Of a stretch of 64,000 nt of DNA, positions 24,904-36,689 are shown in pieces (the first letter of the stretch is position 1; every line of letters starts with the position of its first letter). The stretch lies in assembly GCA_965645245.1 (NCBI GenBank), contig OZ287067.1, forward strand, positions 620,001 to 684,000, read 5' to 3'. The notes under the pieces are model-generated. The model did not search any database. It saw nothing but the letters and a program-made list of their open reading frames with translations, and was not told where the DNA came from. The stretch comes from Massalongia carnosa. Its lineage: Eukaryota. Both the position numbers and the translations under genes were made by a program.

Positions 24904-27047
24904 TCCCTTCGTCTGGCAATTTGGCAGCCACCTTAAATAGGCTTAGTGAGATACCGTAGGGCTGAGTCGCGAACTTCAAAACATTCTCCCCTTTTTTTGT
25001 AAATAAGAAGGTAAACATCAGCTGAAAATCATTAAAAAATCTACAATTTCTTTAGAATAATCATGAGAGGCATTGAGATAGAAGTTCCTGACCAATCAGA
25101 CGCTTTGCCCCCCTCAATTCTGAAAGAACAGGCCAAAAAGAATAAACCCAGCGTACAAAGCATAATTGACTCCATGCCCCCTCCGTCATCAAATTATTGT
25201 CCAATTTCGATCCCATTTCGAAAACCACAGCCGGACGAGACGTTGCGCTTGATAAATCAGACTCCTTTCAGTTTATTCTGCCTCTTTTTTAGGTTTGAAA
25301 TGCTTGAAATCATAGCTAAAAACACCAATCTTAAAGCGAAAAAGAAGTATGCCCTAAACGACATCAAGAGACGTCAATGGCATGACACCTCTTCTTCTGA
25401 AGTAGGAGCTTTTCTGGGAATTCTGTTATATATGGGGTATACACTGATGCCACGTCTTACTGACTATTGGAACACGTCTCCTAAATTTGCCATACATGAC
25501 ATGGGGATTCAAGCCATGAGTCTTCGAAGATGGGAGCAACTCAAGCGATTTTTGAAGATATCCAACCCCGACGAAGATGAGATCATTGATACTCGAGGCC
25601 CTGATTGGTGGAAAAAGCTGGAACCATTGGCCACAGACTTTCGAAAAGCATCAAAGAAATACTGGATTCCTGGAAGTCATGTGTCAGTTGACGAGCAATT
25701 GATTTTATTCAGGGGTAGGAGCTGCCATACTATGCAAATAGCCACCAAGGCGGCTGGTGTAGGCTTCAAAATCTATAGTTTATGTCAGGAAAATTATCTT
25801 TTTGACTTCTTATTTACCTCCAAGGCGAGTAGAAAAGGCCTCAATTTGCATCGTACTAATTGCAAGACAGGTGTCCAAAATTAGTGAGTTAAAAACGCCT
25901 GGACAATTGAAATTTCCGACAACCAAATGGGATTTGTCTCCTTCCTCCCTAGTCGTCATTCAACTGGCTCGAAGTTTACCGTCTGATGAAGGCTTGAAAT
26001 ACGTCATCTTTCTGGACAACTTCTTCACAAATACGAAGCTATTCAAAGCTCTGAAAACCATTGGAATTGGTGCCTGTGGGACGGCTAAATCAGGATGCGG
26101 TTTTCCTGTTGATCTTCTACGTCTGAGGGTTGCAGCCACCAAGAATAAGGACTGGGGAAAGAAGGCATTGATGACGGTACCTGCAAATAAAAGTAAAAAA
26201 TCAAACATTGATGACGGGGACATTCTGTGTATGGCATGGGTGGATTTAAACACCGTGCAATTCATGACCACGGTTCATACAATTGAGGATTTGAAGACTT
26301 CTTTCTACAAGAATTCCCGTCGACGTCATGGAATTCCTGCAAATTCCAGAGTCATCGTTGATGATGAAGAAGAAAAGCTTCCATTTCCCATGCCCATCGT
26401 GGAATATAACCAGCACATGGGCGGGTCAGATGGGAATGCTCAGCAAAGAGCATATTATTCACCTCAAAGATCTGATCGTCGCTACTGGTGGTAAATTTTC
26501 ATCTTTCTTCTGGATGCAGCCGTTCTAAATGCCTTCAAATTGTGGAGAATTCTGTATCCGAATTCAACACTCAGCCATTTGGACTTTCAAAAAGAAATAG
26601 TAAATGCCCTACTATCCAATCAAGCCGGTGCCCTACGGAAACGTCCGACAGATGTCATAGTTACTACTAATCAAGACGTTAATAAAGACGTCGAGTCAAC
26701 TTGCAAATGGGAGCATTTGAATAAGAAGGACTATTGTTTGGCCTGCAAAAGGCAAGTGCCAAGACTCAAACGACGCCGACCACTTGCGGAAATTGATGAA
26801 AATTGCACCAAAAGACGACGTGCAAGTCAGACCAGATGGCAATGTAAGAGCTGTGGACCATGTTGCAAAAAGGAGGCATGTTGGGAAATTTTACATAGAT
26901 CATGAGGGGTGATTGAGGTGTTGTACCCATTATCGTTGAAAAGGGAAAATCTGATTGGCCAGATTAAAGTTATTAGTCATTACCCGGAGACGGCGCGTGT
27001 AAAATTGAATATTACCTAAATGGCTGCCAAATTGCCAGACGAAGGGA
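24904..27047 (+). mobile_element. piggyBac-like DNA transposon (element pB1), 2144 bp, 27-bp perfect TIRs, flanked by TA
   Basis: TCCCTTCGTCTGGCAATTTGGCAGCCA at 24904-24930 and its exact reverse complement at 27021-27047; TA at 24902-3 and 27048-9; encloses a piggyBac-type transposase. Confidence 0.92.
25063..26905 (+). pseudogene. piggyBac-type DDD transposase with one GC-AG intron (25825-25870) and one premature TAA (26492-26494)
   Basis: Motifs VSVDEQ, FLDNFFT, YNQHMGGSD and a C-terminal Cys-rich domain (CLAC...CKSCGPCCKKEACW..H). The frame continues unchanged past the TAA. Confidence 0.88.
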
Positions 27048-27667
27048 TAGCAGTATCAACTTGAGGGGTGTAGCGGCATAACAAAGGAGTGTAGCGATAG
27101 CGGTTCCCTAATGCACTTTTATCCTCTTCCCCTTTGTACTGTCCGTGAAAGCAAGTAGTTTTTTCAAATTTACAGTGCAAACACAACGTTTTGTGACATA
27201 TCTTTTCGGAAATTCAATCCTTGCATAGAGGCACTTATCCAAACGTCTAGAGATCGTAATTAAACAAACTGAAACGTTATTACATAACATGTCTGAAAGG
27301 ACTTCATCCACTTCGATAAAGATCTCTCATAGAGATCCTGCTTCATTTCTTTCATTACCTCGCCTATCTTCACCTCGCTCTCTTCGCCCTCTCCGGCCAT
27401 CTATATCTCCTAGTTGATCGGGCATAGTCTTCTCTCGCGACGTGTTTGTTGAGAACAGTAAACAGAGAGTCGAAACAAGAAAAAAACACATTGAGGTGAT
27501 GACCTCAGTTTCATAATGCTATGACGAAAATATGAAGAATTAAAGAGATGGAAGATTTTTGTTAAATGTCGAGATCTAAAATCTGAAAGATTTGATTGAC
27601 GAAGCTCCGCCTACTCTCAGGGGGGTAGCAGTATCAATTGAGGGGTGTAGTGATAGCGGTTCCCTAA
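27048..27667. repeat. Imperfect direct repeat pair (27048-27111 and 27626-27667) bracketing about 515 bp
   Basis: TAGCAGTATCAA(C)TTGAGGGGTGTAG..GATAGCGGTTCCCTAA occurs twice; the first copy has a 21-nt internal addition. Confidence 0.85.
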
Positions 27668-27851
27668 ATATACTCCACATTAGATTAATGTATTTATCTT
27701 TATACGTATTTAAATGTCTGAGTTGAGAATTAAAATTTTTCGTCATAAGGGTTTAGTTAGTACTTATAGTCCACCCTAGCAACGCCGGCCGCCTTTCTTT
27801 CTGCCCGTCACTACCTTCAATTGGTCGTTTTGCTGTCTATCTTTATCACCG

Positions 27852-28692
27852 ATGGCGGATCCATTCGAAGTTCGCATGCGTTTTACGCATCAGCTACAGC
27901 ATCTTAACGCATCTGCTAACTCGGCGCAAAAAGCCGCGCATTATGCGTTGAAGTACAGAGATATGGACGAGGATCTGCACTCGTGTATTCTCGAGCAATT
28001 AGAAAGAGTATGTGCACCGCTTTGAAGCTCTGCACATTCATGTTCTCAGGCTGAAAACCTTCTCCATTTCAAGAACTCGATGAACAACAGGGCGAATATT
28101 ATGTACTTCATCGAACACCTTTGCGATATGGCCCAGCGGGAGAACCACCTGGACTTCGTCCGGATGATGCAACGTGACATCTTGAGGGTGGTCGATGCTG
28201 TCGCTCCGAGTGACGGTTCAGGGGCTGCAAATGTTAAGGTAGTACGCAGAGTACGTTCTCCCAGGTTCATTATGCGCGTCCGTGGCTGCAGACTTATAAA
28301 ACCAGGTACTCAACGGTCTACAACATAAGTCGATTTTAGTCCAAGATACGGTCATTGAAATCGAAGCATGCTTGAAAGAGCGGGATAGCCTACCGGCGCA
28401 CCCAGCACTCTCCCCTATTGATCCAAATGCGCAGCGAGATCAGCAGCCTAGCCAGGGCGCAACGGCCAAGATCAATGGGGTGGCAAGACTTGATAAGAGG
28501 CAGATTGAGCAGAGGATTGAAGAGGACCGCGAGAGGCATAAGCGATTGAGGGAAAACATATGGGCGGTCAGTGACGAGGGAGATCAGGAATTTCAGAGAC
28601 TTTGGGACGAGGCAAGCGATATTGGAGAGGATGATTATATTGCGGCTGAAGAAGATGCCTTAGAGCGTAGGCGAGCCGTTGAGGTTGAGTGA
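27852..28692 (+). CDS. CTK3: CTD kinase I gamma subunit
   Basis: MADPFEVRMRFTHQLQHLNAS...DEDLHSCILEQLE and C-terminal RIEEDRERHKRLRENIW; 2 GT-AG introns. Confidence 0.9.
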
Positions 28693-29142
28693 TTTTCTTC
28701 ATGATTTTTCCATAATATGATACCCAAGGATCATGTAGAGTATATGCGGATTCCAACAACTTGCTGCTTTAGTTAGCGCTGGCAAATTGAAGTCGAGGCT
28801 TGCGTCTAAGGTGTCGATTAACGCTGCCTTTGAGTTCAAAGGAGACAGTTATTGGGTGTCTGAAGTCTCCTCGAATCGGTGACATATCTGAGCTCATACT
28901 TAAATTGAAGACTAACTCCGGCTGCTTAACAAACGAAACTCAGCTAACGAATTATGCAAACTCGGAGAATTCTCTTAGGTGTCCGATTTTCAGTATATGC
29001 TTATGCTTCCTATGCAAGAGTGGCTCTGCAAATAATACGTTTGTATACAACTGCAATCATTGTATCCCACAGCCCAAAGCACAACCTCACCCCTCTCTAG
29101 TTTTGCCACAGCAGTCCTCCTTCCCCACACAACGCCTTCTAT

Positions 29143-29796
29143 CTAATCCATCTCAACGACCCCTCCGAGCGCCTTTATTGCCTGAATAATCTTCTCCGAC
29201 TCCTCTTTTGGTACCCCATCCTTCATCTTCTTCGGCGCGCTTTCCACAAACTTCTTGCTGTCCACCAAGCTCAGGCCGAGCATGCTTTTGATTTCCTTGA
29301 TGATCTTCGGCTTTGAAGCCGGTTCGAAGGATTTCAGCGTTAGGGTAAATAGAGTCTTCTCTGGCGCTGCGGGCGCTACCTCTTCCTCTTCAACGGGCGC
29401 AGGGACGGCAGGTGCTGCGGCAGCGAATCCGCCCATCGGCATGTCAGGAATGTTAAGTCGGGACTGTAGGTATTAGCTTTATTAGAGATATATATTTCCA
29501 GCCAAGGGACGGTTGTTAAGACATGAACAAAGGGCGCTATGGCACAAGGGATTGATTGCGCATACCTTGAGGCTTGAGACCAAGTCTGCGGTTTCGAGCA
29601 GCGTCAATTGGCTTATTTGGTCCACTATATCCACGACTTTGGGGTTTGTAGCCGTAGCTGTAGATGCCCATCGCCGCGTAGGATTTCTCCGTTGACGCTG
29701 TGAGATTGAGGAGGGCGCAAAAGATGTAGCTTTTATGGGAGTGCGGAAAACGGTTCGGGCACAGCAGCGCGCTGAGTGAGTACAAGAGAGTGACAT
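29143..29796 (-). CDS. MRPL12: Mitochondrial ribosomal protein bL12 (L7/L12)
   Basis: Arg/Ser-rich presequence, IVDQISQLTLLETADLV, Ala/Pro hinge, KIIKEIKSMLGLSLVDSKKFVESAP; 1 intron. Confidence 0.92.
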
Positions 29797-30160
29797 GCTC
29801 TAAGAACAACTGCTGGCTATACTATGTTTGATAATTAAGAACGAGGGTCAAATGCTTGTGAAGGCTGTTGATGTATGGAGCATAGAATTATTTAGCGCCA
29901 TCTTCAATTCGCTTGCATGAGTAGACCGGGAGTATGTATTTTTTTAACCCCCGGTACATAAGCATATAGCTTTCAAACCACAGCCAAGTTTGTACCCCGA
30001 TGGATTTAACGCTATCGAGGCAGGAGTGGATGGTTCTTCAGGCTGTAACAATCACATACGGCTGCTATGAATGCTGGGGGTTAATCTGGGACCTGACTTT
30101 GATGTTGAAAAAGAGGGCTGTAGCACGCAACACAGCGGCAACTTCCACTGAGCACCAATA

Positions 30161-32247
30161 ATGGCTGCTCCAGTCTCAGAAACAGAACCTACTCGGGAAA
30201 GGACTCATAAGCAGGAATCTGGCCAAGTAAAATTAATTGAAGAATCGAGTTTACGAAAAGACCCCTCGAAAGGTCTTGATCAGACGCTGGCGCTCCTCAA
30301 AGCAACCGATGATACCTCTCGATTTGTGGGGTTGGCTTTGCTCAAGTCCATACTGGACCACCAACAAGATTTTCAGAAGGATCCAGAGGTGATCACAAGA
30401 TGCTGGGCTACAATCTCAGCCAGGTTTCTCGACCGGCTTCTCCGAGCATCAGCGAATGAAAAGCGGAGCAAGGAAGAATCTCAAAGTATGGTGGAACTTG
30501 CTGTTGCCATATTGCATGCTTTTACAGTGCTATTACCGCATGAGTTGAGGAATGATAAAAAATTTGTTGGGCGGATAGAGGGACTTCTGTGTGCTCTAGC
30601 TCAGAGGTATATATGCCATTGCTTCAAGAATGGTTATTTGTTGTTCTAGGTAGCTAACGAGACAGTGCGCCAGATTCAAAGACCCAAATATTGCAGATAT
30701 TAGTGACCCTTGCAAGCACGCGGCAAGGCGCAACAGCCTTGTTAAATGCTGAGCATTGGTCTCGACTTATAGAGTTATCAACGGAACATGATCTCGTCTT
30801 GGATGTGATTAAATGCGCGTTTACGATAATTTACTCGCAAAATCTTGCAGAGCCGAGTATTCAGCAGACTATGAATTATTCACTGGCTGTACTGATAGAT
30901 AAGTTCCAAGGCACTTCTAAACAAGCTCTATTGGTTCAAGCGTTTTATGAAATCCTCATTGTACTCCCTGCAGGTGTGAGTTCATGTGTCGAAAATTGTT
31001 TAATAGATCGGGTATTAATCCCCAAATAGGTCCCTTTTTCTTCACCTCCGTGGCTAGGTCCTCTCGCCGACTTAATCTGCCAGTCAACTCTTAGCCGACC
31101 TGGATCCACCTTAGCACGCTATAGGAGACTGGTTGTACTCCTAACAGCACTCCTGCTCTGTCTATTCCCCGTGGAGTTTACTCCCTTGCTTTTCAATGGA
31201 CCTGAAGCAAATCCAGTGTCTCAAGATTCGAAACCAGTATCCTACCTATTCGTTAAGCTGCTCCTCATTGACGTACGATCCACCATTCCCTCCCTCCATG
31301 AATCTATCAGTTCCGATGAATCACCGCCACTAGATGCATTGGCCGCTTCTTACGACATATTATCCGCTTTTATCGGATTCCTAGTCCGACTTCTTGACGA
31401 GGAAATTCCCTCTGCAGAAGATTTTAACAAAATCATTCAACCTTCCACATCTCCGTTCACGCCTTCCCTCCTTCTTCAGCTCCGCGTGGACATTTCAGAA
31501 GCAGTATCCCTCACCATCGAGTCCCTCCGCGACCGCTTCAACACCTTGCCCTCCCCACTCCTCGCAACCGCTGGTCCCTCCACCTCATACCCTTCCAGTA
31601 CCTCATCCCAAGACCCACTTGCCCTCTCTCAAACCCGTGCCTTAGCCCTCTGGCTCCGCGAAGACGACAACTACGCCCTTCGCAAAGAAGCCGCAAGCAT
31701 CACGGACATCCTACTAGGCTTCTATACCGTAGAAGACGATCCGACTCACGCCTTTCGCTCCCCGGTTTTGATAGCGTTAGAAGGCATTGTCGCCGTGCCG
31801 GAAGGCGTGGAAGCCTTTCTCGCAGCGGAGGGATGGGACATCTTAACGAAGGATTTATGCTCTATCCTCTCTCACGCTTTCGATCCCGCAGACTCCTTGC
31901 GCGGCATCGAGATCGTCCGCGTCCTTCTTGCAGTGGCAGAATCTGACGTCGTGGGACCAGTGAAGGAGGATTGGATGGTGATTGTCGATATGGTGACAAG
32001 TAGCATGGTTTCCGAGGACATGGAGCTGGAGCTGGAGCTGGGCATCGCGGTCGCGCAATTGGCTGTGGAGCTGTTGGTGCGCGTACCGAGGAATGTACGG
32101 CGGAGATGGATGGAGGCTGCAGACGGAGTGGCGAATGTGGCGAGGGAGATTTTGAGGAGGGGGTATGGGGGAAATGGAGTTCTTGAAGGAGCGAAAGAGG
32201 TGCTTGGCGCGTTGCAGGGGTTGGGTGTTGGAGTTGGTGGGGGATAA
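30161..32247 (+). CDS. Neurochondrin-like (DUF1941-type) helical repeat protein
   Basis: N-terminal LLKATDDTSRFVGLALL and FLDRLL; C-terminal RALALWLRED; 2 introns join three ORFs. Confidence 0.7.
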
Positions 32248-32342
32248 AGATGAGATTGTGGACGGTATGTAGGGTAAAATGATACAGACCTGTTTTGGGG
32301 GAGATGGGGAAGAAGCCGTTTCAACGTCCTCTCAGGTTGTAA

Positions 32343-32529
32343 ATACATGGCTGTAGAGGATACATGGCTGTAGAGGATACATGGCTGTAGAGGATACATG
32401 GCTGTAGAGGATACATGGCTGTAGAGGATACATGGCTGTAGAGGATACATGGCTGTAGAGGATACATGGCTGTAGAGGATACATGGCTGTAGAGGATACA
32501 TGGCTGTAGAGGATACATGGCTGTAGAGG
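32343..32529. repeat. Perfect minisatellite (ATACATGGCTGTAGAGG)x11
   Basis: 187 bp = 11 identical 17-mers with no spacers. Confidence 0.97.
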
Positions 32530-32878
32530 GGGTTTTGCATCATTAACGGTAGCTGTCATCTGTTCGTAATCGCAAATTTGCAAGGAGAATACTATATTTT
32601 CAACTCCCATGCATTCTCCGAGTGAGGTGCGGCGTGTTTATATGTCATTTATCACGCTCGGCATGCTAGTTGCGGCAGCTTCTTCGAAAATGCTAAAGGG
32701 TGTGACGTGCGATCAGTTCCATGACACCAACTTCTCATGCAAAGAAAAACTGTATGCCAAATCTATAAGTTCCCCCGCTTCGAAACGATAGAAACCCTTC
32801 AAAAATTAGGTACTCCCCAGTTTCCATCATTTAAACAAAATTCAATATCCCGCTTTCTCTCTCCTCCCTCTTCTGCAA

Positions 32879-34271
32879 CTAATGAGCATGTCCAATCTGC
32901 GTCACAAGCGGCAAAAGCATCCCCCCAACAGCCGCAACCACAAGCTTCGCGCTGCGCCTCCCGCCGCCCTGTTGGCCCCCTCTGATATGCGGGGCGCGGC
33001 CGCTGCCGTCTAGGTAGCCGTTATTATTATTATGGGTGGAGGAGGGTTCAAGGTCGAGGGATAAGGGAGAGGAGGGGTTATCGTGCTCGCGCATGGTGTG
33101 CATTGCTACGTATCTGAGAGGTGAGGGAAATTAGATAGAGCTTTCATAGGGGAAGGCGGAGAAGTTGGGAGATTTAAAGAGAAGACGAGGAAGGAAAGGA
33201 ATAATATTAGGGCGGCTTACAGAAAGGTACCACCAGAGAATAGTAACAAGACCCCTGTCCACCACCTCATTGTCACTTCCTCTCCGCCACCGCCGCCCAA
33301 CGTCCTCACAATCACCCACGTCCCCACTGCTCCTACAGGCGCCGCAAGGCTGAATACCACCAAATGAGCCCTAGCACCCCTCTTTCCAAGGCCCTGCTTC
33401 AGCAGCACGGACGTGAGCCCAAAGGCCGCAGGCGCTTTATGTACCATTATAGCGACAAAAATAATAAGGGAGAGGGAAGTAGTGGCGGTAGAGGAAGAAG
33501 ACGCGCCAAGAGCAATTCCGTCGGCCGCAGCGTGGATACAGAGACCAAGAGTTGTAGATAGGGTGCGGGAGGGAGGTGGAGGCGGAGGGGTGGAGGCGAG
33601 GTCGGAAAGGGAGTAGATGTTTGTTGTTGGGGCACGGGAGTTGGAGGAGCCGGAGAGGGCGGGAAGCGTGTCGAGAAGGTACATGAGGATGAAGCCGAGG
33701 ATTAAAGAAAGCCCAATCCAGACGTGTGGGGTACGGGGGGAGGGAGGTTTGGAGGGTGTTGTCGAGTTGGGGGTGGCGAGGATGTGAAGTTCGTCTGGTG
33801 AAGAGGGAGTTAAAGGGGGAGGGTGGTTTTCTGCGTCAGCAGCAGGGACCACAGGGCCCGGGAGGGCGTTGTATAGGCTTGAAGCAGGAATGTCGTCGTC
33901 TTTAGAATACAGGCTTCTCTTGGGGAAATCGAGAGAATGGACAATCGTTTCTGGATTGGAATGCAATCTTTGCGAGCGCGGGAACATGTCTCTTTGGAGG
34001 TGTGCGTGGATGGGGAGTTCACTGGCGCTGTAAAGAGTGTCGACGCCTTCGGGTATGATGACTATTAGGGATGTGCCCACCAGTACGCCCATGCCGATTG
34101 TCGAGATTAATCGCAGTCGCGACTGCGAGAGGGGAAAGGATAAAGGTAATGAGCCAGCGAAGAAGGATCTAGGATTTATTAACTCTAGGTTTTGTACACA
34201 AGAAGGAGAACAACCCACGCAACTGCCATCACTGTGCTCAAAGTGAGCAGCATGAACAGACCGTCCAGCAT
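32879..34271 (-). CDS. ATX2: ZIP-family metal transporter, ZIP9/Atx2 type
   Basis: GMGVLVGTSLIVIIPEG, IHAAADGIALG, MVHKAPAAFGL and GGTFLYVAMH after splicing 2 introns. Confidence 0.85.
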
Positions 34272-34549
34272 CTTGGGGAAAGGTGCCCCGAAGCCCCTGT
34301 TCTCTTATCTTCCAAAGAAAACCCCACTGGCTAGGCCAAGCCTAGAATTATTAGCTCTCTAGAGACCGCGCATACTGAAGATTGTACTTCGATTCGATGG
34401 TTGGAGCGTAGCATGCACGATTGGGTAAAAAACCACAGGTAAACCACAGGTAAAGAATACCTATTTAATTCTATTCCAGACGTTACATCGTACTCGGTCT
34501 TTTGGCGCAATGGGACCGGATTAACGTCAACGACCGGTCCTGTTCAAAT

Positions 34550-36681
34550 ATCCAAGCTAAACCATTGTTGGTTAGAAAGCGCTAAACCTTAAAATTTTGA
34601 CCAATCAATGTTATTCCTATTCACAAGAAGTTCATATTCATATGTATGTACGGCGGAGTATCAGATACCTATTTACTCGTCCCCCATCATATGAATAGCT
34701 TCCCAACAGCTGGCTTTCTTACAGCAGGGCCTGATTGGATTGCATCCTCCACAAGCCCATATAGTCTGAGCACCCCTTCGCCTTCTTTTTCGCCCATCGA
34801 CACTTATTTCAGCCAGTGGCTCTCCCTTCCGCTTTGAAGGTCGTTTTTTCTCGGCGTTACATTGCACACATCTTTTTCTGCCTTCAAGACGAACGTAATG
34901 ATGAATGGGAGATGGTACTAAAGCATCAATCGCGGTATTGATGCTTATCTTTGATGAGCCGGGCCTGATGCCCGCTTGATTTGACATCAGTTCAAGAGCA
35001 ATCCGATGAAGAAATTCAGAACGAGTAAATTTTATCTCCTCGGAATCGAAAGAGTTCAGCGAGTAAATTTTATAGGTATTCAATCCGGCTGCATATAAAA
35101 TAAAAATGAACAAAGGCCATCAGTAACGATCCGTTCGACGGTTGTATGAGTAAATCGCTCGTTGCTGAGCGTTTCCATCCGATCCCCCCATATGAAGATT
35201 ATACTCTTTGATTAGGGCTGGTATCGGTAATCCTAAGGGCCGTTGAACCTCTTGATTGAGCAAGGGAATGGAGTGAGCCAGAGTTGATGGGAAATACGAT
35301 ACAATAGTTGAAGAGAGGTCTCGGGAATTCCATATCTCTTGTGCGGATTTATATAGTGCATTTCGTACAAGTCCTGAGGAGAATGACCGGTGGTCATGTA
35401 CTGCACACCATTATTATCCACCCAGCCCATACAAAGCACCTTATCGTCGACCACCATATGGGCCTGAAGACCCCAGTCTTTTCCTTTTGAAGTGACGTCC
35501 CGTATGGCCAACAATTCTTCTGAAAAGCCCAAGCCCTTTTTAGCAGTTCCACTGGCAGCTATTCCGATTGATCGAAGTGCCTTGAATAATTTCGTACTAG
35601 TAAAGAAATTATCACAGAATAGATGACAATTCAGTGAGGATGGAAGTTCTTTACATAACTGAATCACTAGCAAAGCATTAGGAGTTAGTTTATCTTTTGG
35701 CAAAAATCCCAATTGTCTGATTGTTTTCAATTCACTTATTCTGCTACTTTTCGAGGCAAACATAAATGACAACAGATAATTATCCTGACAGAGACTGTAG
35801 ATTTTGAATCTTTATGGGCACTTTTTGTAGTAATCTGCAAGGTATGTCGAGAACGGCCCTTGAATAACCCCAGCTGTTCATCTATAGATGTCATACTTCC
35901 TGGTCTGCAATGTTTCAATGAAGTCTTTCGGAAATCAGTAGCCAACGGTTCCAGTTTCTTCCACCAATCAGGTCCTTGATCAAGTCCGATAGGCTCAGTC
36001 CGTCCATTATTGATTTTCAAAATCGTTTGATTTGTTGAAATCGACCAAGCGACATCGCTGACAGAATAGGCATGATGATTGGTTTGTCAGGACGTTGATT
36101 CCAATAATCCTCTGTAGCAGGTAGATGATCGAGTCCCATAAGAACTATTATGCCCAAAAAAACCTCAATTTCCGAGTCAGTAGTGTCAGTCCAAACCCGA
36201 TAATTGTTCTCCTTCTCCTTTTCCATGTAGTTATATGCCTTGATATTGGTATGATTTGCGATGATACGACAATGCTGCCTTGTTATAAATAACCGAAATA
36301 ATCCCAAAGGATTTCGAGAATCGTTTTCAACGAGCGGAACAAAAGGCCTGTTTTCAACCCGAATGGGGGTATATTTTGAGGAAATAGGGGGAAGGTCGAT
36401 TAAAATATCTCGAACACTTCTTTTGCGATTTATTTTATGTTGCTTTGCTGAAATGGGAGATTTGTCTGAATTGAGCGTCATACTTATAATATCAATTCCG
36501 AAGCTAGAAGAATAGTAATTTATGTGATTAATTTTGATTGAGTGACCGAATAGTATTCTTTGAAAAGTAAACAAACGCGCAAACACTCAAGAGAAAACTA
36601 ATGTTCTCATGACTCATCGGTGCGCAAGCTAATCCAATATAGATTAGCTTGAGGGGGGTGCTAGAATGACAGCGAGAGGGA
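34550..36681 (-). mobile_element. Degenerate piggyBac-like transposon (element pB2), related to pB1; only one terminus intact
   Basis: The right end reads TA|TCCCTCTCG on the minus strand (36681; TA 36682-3). A diverged copy of its subterminal CAAGCTAA...TTAG..GCGC block lies at about 34553-34582; the outer left TIR was not found, so the left boundary is approximate. Confidence 0.75.
34673..36481 (-). pseudogene. piggyBac-type transposase pseudogene
   Basis: Shares GPDWWKKLEPLATDFRK, SIDEQ, FCDNFFT, MGGSDGNAQQR and CCKK..CW with pB1. Frameshifts at about 36017 and 35810, a frame change or intron at about 35235-35300, and TGA at 35120-35122. Confidence 0.88.
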
Positions 36682-36689
36682 TACGAGTA

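Noticed and set aside
26491..26519. Intron removing the pB1 premature stop (GTAAAT...GCAG)
   Set aside because: Only 29 nt, no branch site, shifts the frame and would delete conserved IFIFLLDA residues.
32343..32529. CRISPR-like array or repeat-protein ORFs
   Set aside because: The units are head-to-tail with no spacers in eukaryotic DNA; the ORFs are by-products of a stop-free repeat.
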